Below, in pieces: positions 8,168 to 16,326 of a stretch of DNA of 32,111 bases (the first letter of the stretch is position 1; the number at the start of each line of letters is the position of its first letter). A model generated the notes under the pieces. That model made no database searches. It saw nothing but the letters and a program-made list of their open reading frames with translations, and was not told where the DNA came from. Origin of the DNA: Gemmatimonadota bacterium (GTDB lineage Bacteria > Gemmatimonadota > Gemmatimonadetes > Gemmatimonadales > Gemmatimonadaceae); contig JANNOC010000372.1 of NCBI GenBank assembly GCA_031398865.1, forward strand, positions 1-32,111. Reading direction: 5' to 3'. A program made the position numbers and the translations under genes.

Positions 8168-9142
8168 TCAGGAGGTCGCGCCGCCGGCGTGCCTCGCTCT
8201 CTGTGCGTCGAACAACAGTGCCGTCAGCTCGGCGGCGTTCTGCGTGCCGTAGTGCGCGTAGCAGTTGTTCATCAGCACGTGAGTGCGTTGCGCCTGCGGG
8301 GCGACTCCGAGAATTTTCGGCACCCACTCGCCGAGCTCGGCGGCCGTGTAGAGGTATCGGTAGCGCTCGACCGTGGGGACATTGGGCACCTCCCACATCT
8401 CCACCCGCCGGCCGTGCATGCGGATGAGCGCAAGGCGCGGCGACGTCACCGCCGCGATGGGCGGGACGCTGCTCTCCAATCCCTGAGGACCGTCCACGAT
8501 AACGAGGGGAATGTCGTGCGTCGCGAAGAAGGCGAGCGTGCGCCGCGTCTTGTTTTTCTCTTCGCCGAACCAGCGATGGTTGCGCAGCTCGACGGGTGCG
8601 GCGATGTCACCCAGGCGCGACTGACCTTCCAGCAGCGTATCCACCGCGGCGCTGCAGGGGATGAACCAGCGCGGATACTGCATGAGCACCGCGCCGAGCT
8701 TTCCCGCCTCGCGCAGCGGCTCGAGCGCGTCGAGAAAGAGCCGCCACACTTCATCCATGATCGCGTGGGGCAGGTTTTTCGCGTACACCTTCCTCGAGGT
8801 GGCCAGCTCCGCCGGGAGTGCGGCGCGGAGATCCTTGGGCAGACGTGAGACTTCCGCGGGCTGTCCGGTCATGAGTGCGAAAGCCTTCAGATTGAAGACG
8901 AAGCCCGGCGGCGTGCGCTCGGCCCACAGTTCCGCGGTACGGCGGGCGGGGATCGCGTAATAGCTCGAGTCCACCTCCACGAGGGGAAAGCGCGAGGCGT
9001 AGAAGCGCAGCCGGGATTCCGGAGTCGTTGAGTCCGCGGGGTAGAAGCGGTCGCTCGCGAGGAGGGTAGGATCCGTCCACGACGCCGTTCCCACGAGGAT
9101 GTCGGGAGTTGGCTGGGAGGCGGCGTCCGGCACAAGTCGCAT
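8168..9142 (-). CDS. DUF72 (UPF0759, YecE-like) protein
   Basis: The N-terminal ILVGTASWTDPTL...FYP...RLRFYASRFPLVEVDSSYYA is the DUF72 signature. ATG is at 9142. Confidence 0.85.
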   Translation of the reverse strand: MRLVPDAASQPTPDILVGTASWTDPTLLASDRFYPADSTTPESRLRFYASRFPLVEVDSSYYAIPARRTAELWAERTPPGFVFNLKAFALMTGQPAEVSRLPKDLRAALPAELATSRKVYAKNLPHAIMDEVWRLFLDALEPLREAGKLGAVLMQYPRWFIPCSAAVDTLLEGQSRLGDIAAPVELRNHRWFGEEKNKTRRTLAFFATHDIPLVIVDGPQGLESSVPPIAAVTSPRLALIRMHGRRVEMWEVPNVPTVERYRYLYTAAELGEWVPKILGVAPQAQRTHVLMNNCYAHYGTQNAAELTALLFDAQRARHAGGATS

Positions 9143-9308
9143 GGGGCGAATCTACCAAGCCAGAAAGCGTGTTGTGAGGCGGCGGGGCGGCCGCGGTTTC
9201 TCGCGCCGTGTCCTCGATAGCGGACGATCGGAGCTCCGCCGTGAATCGGGCCCGTGCGCAAGCGGCTGGCGCGTCGTGCGTTAGCGTCGGCACTCAGATT
9301 CCGCAACA

Positions 9309-9324
9309 TGGCACCGCTAGTGCA
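9309..9324 (+). promoter_or_regulatory. Candidate sigma54 (-24/-12) promoter
   Basis: TGGCAC-cgcta-GTGCA compares with the consensus TGGCAC-N5-TTGCA. GG and GC have correct spacing. It lies 65 nt upstream of ATG 9389 on the same strand. Confidence 0.3.
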
Positions 9325-9347
9325 CTAATGGGTGCCGATAGCAGGAT

Positions 9348-9376
9348 GGACCGGCTGCACGACGGACCGGCTGCAC
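9348..9376 (+). repeat. Exact 13-nt direct repeat GGACCGGCTGCAC, two copies separated by 3 nt
   Basis: Copies at 9348-9360 and 9364-9376. The period is 16 nt, so it is not codon-phased. It ends 12 nt before the start codon. Confidence 0.9.
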
Positions 9377-9388
9377 ATGGGGGACTGC

Positions 9389-10072
9389 ATGAAGCATCGC
9401 TCGCACGTCATTCTCACCTTCGCGCTCGTCGTGGTGGCTGCGGTCTCCGCGCCGCTCGGAGCGCAGGGATGGGATCGCAAACCGGCTATTCCTCCGGGTC
9501 ACCGTCCGCCAGCCGGGATGTGTCGCATCTGGATTGATGGTGTGCCTCCAGGACAGCAACCCGCTCCGACCGATTGCGCGACGGCGGTGCGTAATCGCCC
9601 GTCCAACGGCCGCGTCATTTTCGGCAGCGATGCGCGCGTGGACCGGCGCGGCAAGCGCGACGATGAGCGCGATGATGACACTGAGCGCGGCCGTCGTTCG
9701 CGCGGCTCCGATGACGACACCGACCGCAATCGTCGCTCGAGCAGCCCCGACACGTGCGTTGACGCGAACCGTGACGGACGCTGCGACCTCGTCTACCGCC
9801 GCGTGGATGGACAGCGTTCGCTTCCGCAAATGGTCGGCGCCGTTCTCTTCGAACGTGGCCGCACCTCCTCCGATGTGACGCGATGGCTGGGCGGGTCCGC
9901 GACCGCGGGATCATATGTGGACGCCGATCGCGACGGCGTGCCCGAACGGGCGACCTGGCGCGATGCTGCCGGCCAGATCGTGCAGATATGGACGGACACC
10001 AACCGCGACGGCCGAGCCGATCGCGTGGACGTCTACGAGAAGGGCCGCATCGTCCGATCGGTTCGCCCGTAA
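9389..10072 (+). CDS. Secreted hypothetical protein with a Pro/Cys motif, an Arg/Asp-rich linker and three DxDxDG motifs
   Basis: Signal peptide MKHRSHVILTFALVVVAAVSAPLGAQG. Motif PPGHRPPAGMCRIWIDGVPPGQQPAPTDC. Calcium-loop-like motifs DANRDGRCD, DADRDGVPE and DTNRDGRAD. Confidence 0.7.
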   Translation: MKHRSHVILTFALVVVAAVSAPLGAQGWDRKPAIPPGHRPPAGMCRIWIDGVPPGQQPAPTDCATAVRNRPSNGRVIFGSDARVDRRGKRDDERDDDTERGRRSRGSDDDTDRNRRSSSPDTCVDANRDGRCDLVYRRVDGQRSLPQMVGAVLFERGRTSSDVTRWLGGSATAGSYVDADRDGVPERATWRDAAGQIVQIWTDTNRDGRADRVDVYEKGRIVRSVRP

Positions 10073-10090
10073 CACGAACCTACTGACGGA

Positions 10091-10136
10091 ACGCCGCCGG
10101 CTGAGGGATCTTCCTCACTCGGCGGCGTCTTCTTTG
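10091..10136 (+). terminator. Intrinsic terminator-like hairpin
   Basis: A 9-bp GC stem pairs ACGCCGCCG (10091-10099) with CGGCGGCGT (10120-10128). An inner stem pairs TGAGG with CCTCA. The hairpin is followed by CTTCTTTG. It starts 19 nt after the stop at 10072. Confidence 0.55.
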
Positions 10137-10152
10137 CACTCTTCCTCCGTCC

Positions 10153-12846
10153 ATGCTGCGACCCGTTCAGGACCGCTACCTCCCGCCGGATCACGACGCG
10201 TTCGTGGCCGCGGAGCCCCCGACCGGGCGCGTGATCATCATCGCGCCGACCCGTGCAGCGTGCGAGACCATCGAGCTGGCCCTCGGCCTGACGATCGACA
10301 CGTATCTCGAGCGCACCAACGGTGCGCGCGTGCGTGCGCTGGCCGCGTCGGGACGGGGCTTCGGCATCGTCGCGGGTACGGGCACCGGAAAGACGCTCGC
10401 GACGCGCCCGATCGCGCAGACGATTCTGCGCAGTGATGACCTCAGGGTCGGCGTCGTCAACCGCGAGCGCGAGGCGACGCCTGAGACGCCGACGTGGAAC
10501 GTCATTATCGTCACCACCGGGATCGCGCGCCGCTGGTTCCAGGACAACGATATCCTGGCGACCGATACGCTGATCGTGGACGAGATCCACCAGACATCGG
10601 CGGAGCTGGAGCTGTGCCTCGCGTTAGGCAAGCGCGTCGGATGTCGCTTCATCTGGCTGTCCGCCACCGTGGATCCCACGTTCTATCGGGAATATCTGGG
10701 CAGCGCGGACGTCCTCGAGGTGTACTCCTTCGACGCCGCCAAGGCCGCGGACGTCAAGCTGGTGCGGCGCAATCCCCTGGATTTCCTGGACGACCGCTTC
10801 CTGCAGGGGGTGGTGAAGCAGAAGCGGGGTGTGGGCATGTTTCTGCCGACGCGCGCGGGCGTCGAGCAAGCGGCGGCGGCGGTGGGACTGCGTGCCCCGC
10901 GCATCAACACCGCCTACTATCACGGCGGCGAGCCCATTCGGGTTCTGCGTCCTTTTCTCGAAGGTGGCGAGCGCAAGCCCTATTTCCTCGCCATGACGGC
11001 GGCGGGACAGAGCGCGCTCAACGTGCAGGGGTTGGACACGGTCGTCATTGACGACACGCGCTTCGCGAACGTCATCGAGCGTGGCAAGAATGTGTTGACC
11101 AAGCTGCACCTCGGCGCCAACGAGATCCTGCAGATGGCCGGGCGCGTGCACGGCCGCGTGCCGGGTGGGCGCGTGTTCATCCTCTCCGACCGCGACATCG
11201 AGTTCTCCGCGCTACGGCCCACAGCCCCCGACTTTCAGCTCGCGGGCGATTCCGAGCGCGTCGCGCTCACGTGCGCCGATCTCGGGGTGCGCGCGGACGA
11301 GCTGGAGCTCCCGGTGCCGCTCGACCGGGTTGCGTACCGGCGCGCGGTCACGCTGCTCGAGGGGCGTGGCATCATCGCGGCGGGCCGGCTCTCCGCGTAT
11401 GGCAAATCGGTCGAGGCGCTGCCCGTGGATCGGCCATGGGCCGAGCTGATCGTGAACGCGTCGGATGAGCTGATCCCGTATCTCGCGGTGATGAGTTCGA
11501 TCGAGTCGCTGCATCGGATGACCCGTGAGGACCGCGACCTCGACGGCCTTGTCGTCCCCGGCAGTGACAATCTCACTGCGTACAACCTGTACGCCGAAGC
11601 GTACCGGCAGTGCGGGTACATGGGCGAGGTGTACGGCCTCCAGCGCCACCTCTTTGACGACAGCGTTCAGCGCTGGGCGGAACGGCGCGGCGTCCTGGTC
11701 AAGGCAATCGAGGATGCCGCGCTCGCGGCGGCGAGCGTATTCCGCGGCGTTGGCCTGCCACTCGCCACCGCGATGCCGATGGCGGGCGAGCACATTCATC
11801 GCGCCTTCAGCGAACTGCTCGCGCAGATCATGCCGTTCGATCTCGTCATCGACGAGCACACCACGGACGGCCAGGAAGCCCGCGTATCCAAGACGAGTGT
11901 GTGTGGAAGCTGGGGAGCGATTGCGGGCGAGTTGCGCTACTTCGCCGACAAGTTCGGCGTGGCGCGCGCGTCCATCGAGGGCACGCAGATTCCGATGGAT
12001 CGCGTGCGGAAGTACGCCACCGCGGGCTCGCCGGAACTGATCTACGAGCCGCATCGTCGCAACGGCTCGCTCGCGCTGCGCCGGCGCGTCGAGTATTTCG
12101 GCTTCGAGCTGGAGCGGGACGTGGAGTCCGTGGAAGACTTCCCTCCCGAACTCGCGGCGCAGGCGCGCCAGGTGCTCGCGGAGGCGCTCGCGCGGTTCGA
12201 GGCGCGCCACGTCGCGGTGAAGAAGAACCGCGCCGCCATCGAGGAGCTACGCGAGATTCATCGCCGTTCGGGCGGTCGGACACCACGCCTCGGCGCCGTG
12301 GAGCTCGCCGCGCTGTATGAGGAGCAGCTTCGCGACGTCACCTCGATGGATGAATTCCGCGCCGCTTCGCTGGTGGTGGATCGCGATCACTTCGTGCCGC
12401 GCGCTGAGCGCGAGCGCTACATGGCGCTGGCGCAGTCCGTGACCGTGCGCGACCGTGACGTGGAGCTGGACTACGATGTGGAGGAGCGCGACGGCGAGAC
12501 CGCTGGGGTCATCCGACTGCGTCTCCCGGAGAAGCTCGCCCGCACGTTGACCGAGGCGGAAGTGCCCATACTGGACCGTCCGGTGCGCTTCACGGTCTTG
12601 CGCGGACAGCGCGGCTCCGTGCGCGCGGACACGTTAGGCGAGTTACAGGAGCTGCTCGCGCGCCCATGGTCGACGGACGAGACGGCGAACGGCAAGCGGC
12701 GTGATCGCGAGGGTGAGGATTTCGCGTCGCGCGAGGAGCGTCGCGTGCGGTCGCTCGCGGCTGACCGCCAGGGCGGGCGGGATGGTCGCGGTAGTCGTGG
12801 CGAGCGCGGCGGCGGCCGCGGCAAACGCCGGCGCCGGTCGCGATGA
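10153..12846 (+). CDS. DEAH/RHA-family ATP-dependent helicase (HrpA/HrpB-like) with an Arg/Gly-rich C-terminal tail
   Basis: Motif I GTGTGKT, motif II VDEIH, SAT (LSATVD), motif VI-like QMAGRVHGRVPGGRVFIL. An HA2-like region has SDNLTAYNLYAEAY. The tail is GGRDGRGSRGERGGGRGKRRRRSR. No Shine-Dalgarno site is seen, so the start is less certain. Confidence 0.8.
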   Translation: MLRPVQDRYLPPDHDAFVAAEPPTGRVIIIAPTRAACETIELALGLTIDTYLERTNGARVRALAASGRGFGIVAGTGTGKTLATRPIAQTILRSDDLRVGVVNREREATPETPTWNVIIVTTGIARRWFQDNDILATDTLIVDEIHQTSAELELCLALGKRVGCRFIWLSATVDPTFYREYLGSADVLEVYSFDAAKAADVKLVRRNPLDFLDDRFLQGVVKQKRGVGMFLPTRAGVEQAAAAVGLRAPRINTAYYHGGEPIRVLRPFLEGGERKPYFLAMTAAGQSALNVQGLDTVVIDDTRFANVIERGKNVLTKLHLGANEILQMAGRVHGRVPGGRVFILSDRDIEFSALRPTAPDFQLAGDSERVALTCADLGVRADELELPVPLDRVAYRRAVTLLEGRGIIAAGRLSAYGKSVEALPVDRPWAELIVNASDELIPYLAVMSSIESLHRMTREDRDLDGLVVPGSDNLTAYNLYAEAYRQCGYMGEVYGLQRHLFDDSVQRWAERRGVLVKAIEDAALAAASVFRGVGLPLATAMPMAGEHIHRAFSELLAQIMPFDLVIDEHTTDGQEARVSKTSVCGSWGAIAGELRYFADKFGVARASIEGTQIPMDRVRKYATAGSPELIYEPHRRNGSLALRRRVEYFGFELERDVESVEDFPPELAAQARQVLAEALARFEARHVAVKKNRAAIEELREIHRRSGGRTPRLGAVELAALYEEQLRDVTSMDEFRAASLVVDRDHFVPRAERERYMALAQSVTVRDRDVELDYDVEERDGETAGVIRLRLPEKLARTLTEAEVPILDRPVRFTVLRGQRGSVRADTLGELQELLARPWSTDETANGKRRDREGEDFASREERRVRSLAADRQGGRDGRGSRGERGGGRGKRRRRSR

Positions 12847-12871
12847 ACTGGCGCCTCCCACCGCTGACGTC

Positions 12872-15061
12872 ATGACGGCCGATTTCTCGGCGGAGCAGCG
12901 ATTCGCCCTGCAGGATCGCGTGGCGCGCGTCATCGCGGAGGCGCCGACACTCGATCACGCCATCGAGCGCCTGCTCGCGACGATCGGATCACAGCTCGAC
13001 TGGCCCATCGGCATGTACTGGCACCGGCCGGTCGGCTCCGACCGGCTACGCGTACGCGCGGTCTGGCACGCGGAGGGGAGTACCGTCAATGCGTTGGCGG
13101 CGGCGAGCCACGCCTGGACGTTTCGCCGCGGCGAGGGATTTCCGGGGCGCGTCTGGCAGGCGCGGCGACCGCTGTGGCTGGCGAACCTTGCAGCCGATGA
13201 TCTGTTTGTGCGAGGCGATGCCGCCCTCGCCGTGGGTGTGCGCGGCGCATTCGCTTTCCCGGTCGCCTCGGGGGACGAGCTATTGGGCGTCATGGAGTTC
13301 TTTCAAGCGGAAGCGAGCGAGCCGGACGCAGCGCTGGTGGCCCTGTGCGAAGGGGTCGGTGCGCAGATCGCCGCGTTTGCGGAGCGCGACCGCGGAGAGC
13401 GCGCGATCCGGGAGAGCGAGGCACTCAAGACGGGCATTCTCGAATCCGCGCTCGACAGCATCGTCACCATGGATGAGCACGGGAAGATCAGTGAGTTCAA
13501 TCCCGCCGCGGTGCGCATGTTCGGGTACACACGGGACGAGGCGATCGGTCGGTCGCTAGCCGACACGATCATCCCGCCCTCCTATCGCGACGCGCATCAC
13601 CGGGGCATGGCGCGATATCTCGTGACCGGTGAGCAGAGCGTGCTCGGACGGCGCATCGAGGTGTCCGCGATTCGCAAGGATGGATCCGAGTTTCCGTGCG
13701 AGCTCGCGATCACGCGCCTGCCGCTCGCCGGACCTCCGTCGTTCGCCGGGTACATTCGCGATCTCACCGAGCGCAGGCGCGCGGAAACCGCCATGCGCTT
13801 CGTAGCGGAGACCAGCGTCGCCCTGGCCTCGTCGCTGGACTATCGCGCCACGCTCGTCGACATCGCGCGGCTGGCCGTGCCCGCGATCTGCGACTGGTGT
13901 GTCGTCGAGTTGCTGGAGGGCGACCAGGGGCTCCGGCCGGTAGCCGCCGTCCACCGCGATGCGGCGAGCGTCGCGCGCATTCTTCAGGTGCACGCCGATT
14001 GCGAGGGAGCGGTCGCGTCGTACTGTCCGCGGCGCGTTGCCCGAACCGGCATTACCGAGTGGGTCCCGGACGTGGCGTCGAGCGCGCCGGCAGCGCACGA
14101 CCTCGAGTCCAATGACGCGCTGCGCGAGCTGCAGTTGCGCGCGTACGTCATCGCGCCGTTGACGCTGCGCGGCGCGAGCTTCGGAACGATTACCTTCGCG
14201 AACAGCGCGTCGAGCCGTGCGCTCACCGACGCCGACCGTATCCTCGCCGAGGACATCGGGAGGCGCGCCTCGGTCGCGATCGAGAACGCGCGGCTCTTCG
14301 AGGAATCGGAGCGCGCACGCGACTCGGGGGAAGTGGCCAACCGCGCCCGAACGGAATTTCTGGCGATGATCAGCCATGAGCTCCGCACGCCGCTCAATGC
14401 CATCGGCGGTTACTCGCAGCTGCTCGAAATGGGATTGCATGGGGACATCACCGATGCGCAGCGCGATGCGCTTTCGCGAATCAGCCGCAACCAGGAGCAC
14501 CTGCTCGGCCTGATCAACAACATCCTGAACTTTGCGAAGGTCGAGGCGGGTCGCGTGCAGTTCGACCTGGTGCCGACGCGCGTGAGCGAGGTCGTTGCGG
14601 GACTCGAGGCTCTGATTCATCCGCAGGTGCTGGCGAAGCAGCTGACGTTCGAGGTCCAGGACGGACACCCTGCCGCGTGCGTCGTAGCGGACGCCGAGAA
14701 GATGCGGCAGGTACTGGTCAACCTGCTCTCGAACGCCGTGAAATTCACGGACACGGGTGGCCGCGTGACGCTGCAGTGGGCCGTTGCCGCGACGACCGTT
14801 GCGATCTGCGTGAGTGACACTGGCGTCGGAATCCCGGCGGCCCGGGTGCGCGACATCTTCGAGCCGTTCGTGCAGGTAAATGCCGCGCTGACGCGGGAGA
14901 GCGAGGGGGTGGGACTCGGGCTCGCGATCAGCCGGGAGATTGCGCGAGCGATGAGCGGGGAGCTGTCGGTGGAGAGCGAACCCGGCAAGGGGTCCGCCTT
15001 CACCTTTACGCTTCCGCGCGCGGCCGACGCCGCGAGCGTCCCGCGCGCGTCGCCCTCCTAG
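12872..15061 (+). CDS. Soluble sensor histidine kinase, GAF-PAS-GAF-HisKA-HATPase_c
   Basis: PAS core SIVTMDEHGKISEFNPAAVRMFGYTRDEAIGRSL. H-box FLAMISHELRTPLNAI. N-box NLLSNAVKFT. G-boxes DTGVGI and GVGLGLAISREIA. There is no transmembrane segment and no receiver domain. ATG 12872 lies 26 nt after the helicase stop. Confidence 0.85.
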   Translation: MTADFSAEQRFALQDRVARVIAEAPTLDHAIERLLATIGSQLDWPIGMYWHRPVGSDRLRVRAVWHAEGSTVNALAAASHAWTFRRGEGFPGRVWQARRPLWLANLAADDLFVRGDAALAVGVRGAFAFPVASGDELLGVMEFFQAEASEPDAALVALCEGVGAQIAAFAERDRGERAIRESEALKTGILESALDSIVTMDEHGKISEFNPAAVRMFGYTRDEAIGRSLADTIIPPSYRDAHHRGMARYLVTGEQSVLGRRIEVSAIRKDGSEFPCELAITRLPLAGPPSFAGYIRDLTERRRAETAMRFVAETSVALASSLDYRATLVDIARLAVPAICDWCVVELLEGDQGLRPVAAVHRDAASVARILQVHADCEGAVASYCPRRVARTGITEWVPDVASSAPAAHDLESNDALRELQLRAYVIAPLTLRGASFGTITFANSASSRALTDADRILAEDIGRRASVAIENARLFEESERARDSGEVANRARTEFLAMISHELRTPLNAIGGYSQLLEMGLHGDITDAQRDALSRISRNQEHLLGLINNILNFAKVEAGRVQFDLVPTRVSEVVAGLEALIHPQVLAKQLTFEVQDGHPAACVVADAEKMRQVLVNLLSNAVKFTDTGGRVTLQWAVAATTVAICVSDTGVGIPAARVRDIFEPFVQVNAALTRESEGVGLGLAISREIARAMSGELSVESEPGKGSAFTFTLPRAADAASVPRASPS

Positions 15062-15591
15062 CCCTGCGGCGTTTCGGCGGGGAGTTGTTTGTCGTACCGC
15101 TCTTCGCGATAGGGCCGGAAACCGCGCGCGAGGTAGTTGGGCAGGGCGGCGGACGAGTCCAGCGTGCACGTGTGCAGCCACACGCGCGTCCCGCCCATGC
15201 GCCACGCCTCTTCCACGGCGAACGTCAGCAGATGCGCGCCCAGTCCACGGCCCACGAATGCCGGCAGCAGTCCGAAGTAGGCGATCTCGACGCTGCCGTC
15301 CTCGTGCGCCACCAGCTCGACGTACCCCGCGGGTACGTCGTGCACGCGCAGCACCCAGACCGCCACGTTCGCCCGACCCAGATACTCGGCGAGCGCCGCG
15401 TCAGGCCACACATCGCGATCGGTCCAGTGAAACGCGCGGCCCACGCCCTGATACAGCATGCGATACTCCGCCGGGGAGTTCGCCAGCAAGACGATGCGCG
15501 CCCCGTCCGGCGGGGGCGCCGCCCGAAGACGCAGCTCGCCGCGGGAGCGCAGCTCGAGGAATGTGCGCACCACGGAGACGGTGTGGGTCAT
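15058..15591 (-). CDS. GNAT-family N-acetyltransferase
   Basis: Acetyl-CoA binding region LLPAFVGRGLGAHLLTFAVEEAW. Length is 177 aa. The internal ATG 15591 (MTHTVSV) was chosen; the track ORF start at 15765 overlaps the upstream gene. Confidence 0.75.
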   Translation of the reverse strand: MTHTVSVVRTFLELRSRGELRLRAAPPPDGARIVLLANSPAEYRMLYQGVGRAFHWTDRDVWPDAALAEYLGRANVAVWVLRVHDVPAGYVELVAHEDGSVEIAYFGLLPAFVGRGLGAHLLTFAVEEAWRMGGTRVWLHTCTLDSSAALPNYLARGFRPYREERYDKQLPAETPQG

Positions 15592-15629
15592 CGACGCAGG
15601 TTCGCTGGCTCGCACGGTCGGCGTGGTGC

Positions 15630-16283
15630 TTACGCCGGGACGAGCACCTTCCGCCGGTGGCGCGCCGCCTTGGCGCGGTTTCCGCATCCCGCCATGTCGC
15701 ACCACCGGCGCCGTCCGTTGCGGGTCCCGTCGTGGAAGACGCGCGTACAGCGCGGATCGGCGCAACGCCTGACGCGCGCCAGCTCCTTCAGAATGAGCGC
15801 GTCCGCCGCCGACTCGACGACAGGAATCATGAGCCCGGCGAATGCGTCGCCCACCGGCACGAAGCTGCGCGCGAAGCCACCGTCGGCGCGCGGCTCGACG
15901 CGGCGAACACCCGCGCTGCGGCCAAGCACGCGATTCAACTCCGCGAGCGACTCCAGCCGAACGCGCTCGCTCGCCGCGCCACGTTCCGCGAGCACGCGCA
16001 GCGCCGCCCGCACGCGCCGCGCGTCCACGAGAGCCGCGGCCGCGCCCGCGGGCTGCTGGTAGGCGCGACGGCGGATCGCAACGGCGCGCTCGGCATCCAC
16101 CACGCCCGCGGAACCCAGCCAGCGAAGAAACGCATCGAAGTCGGCCAGCAGATCGCGGCGCACATCGCGGCGGGTCTCATCGGTGTTGATGAAATCCAGC
16201 CACAGCCGCTCGCCCACGAAGACGAATGGCGACTCGGTGAGAAGAGGATGTGCGGAGCGCGCGACACGCTGCAGGATGGTCAT
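15630..16283 (-). CDS. CGNR zinc-finger (ABATE + zf-CGNR) putative stress-responsive regulator
   Basis: C-terminal motif RVRRCADPRCTRVFHDGTRNGRRRWCDMAGCGNRAKAARHRR. The N-terminal LDFINT motif is also present. Confidence 0.85.
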   Translation of the reverse strand: MTILQRVARSAHPLLTESPFVFVGERLWLDFINTDETRRDVRRDLLADFDAFLRWLGSAGVVDAERAVAIRRRAYQQPAGAAAALVDARRVRAALRVLAERGAASERVRLESLAELNRVLGRSAGVRRVEPRADGGFARSFVPVGDAFAGLMIPVVESAADALILKELARVRRCADPRCTRVFHDGTRNGRRRWCDMAGCGNRAKAARHRRKVLVPA

Positions 16284-16291
16284 GGCTCGCT

Positions 16292-16320
16292 AGCATACCC
16301 CGGCGCGCGGGGGCGTGCAA
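16292..16320 (-). promoter_or_regulatory. Candidate promoter for the CGNR-GNAT pair, possibly giving a near-leaderless mRNA
   Basis: The minus strand reads TTGCAC, 17 nt, TATGCT, then 8 nt to ATG 16283. No Shine-Dalgarno site is present. Confidence 0.25.
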
Positions 16321-16326
16321 GCGCGA

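Noticed and set aside
13556-15205. A 549-aa minus-strand ORF. Similar long ORFs are 22129-24303 (-), 27058-28662 (-), 18072-19484 (+), 20740-21912 (-), 11212-12210 (-) and 6057-7001 (-).
   Set aside because: Each lies antisense to, or out of frame with, a gene carrying clear family motifs. Their products are rich in Arg, Ala, Pro, Gly and His and have no recognisable motif. Such stop-free shadow frames are expected at about 68% GC.
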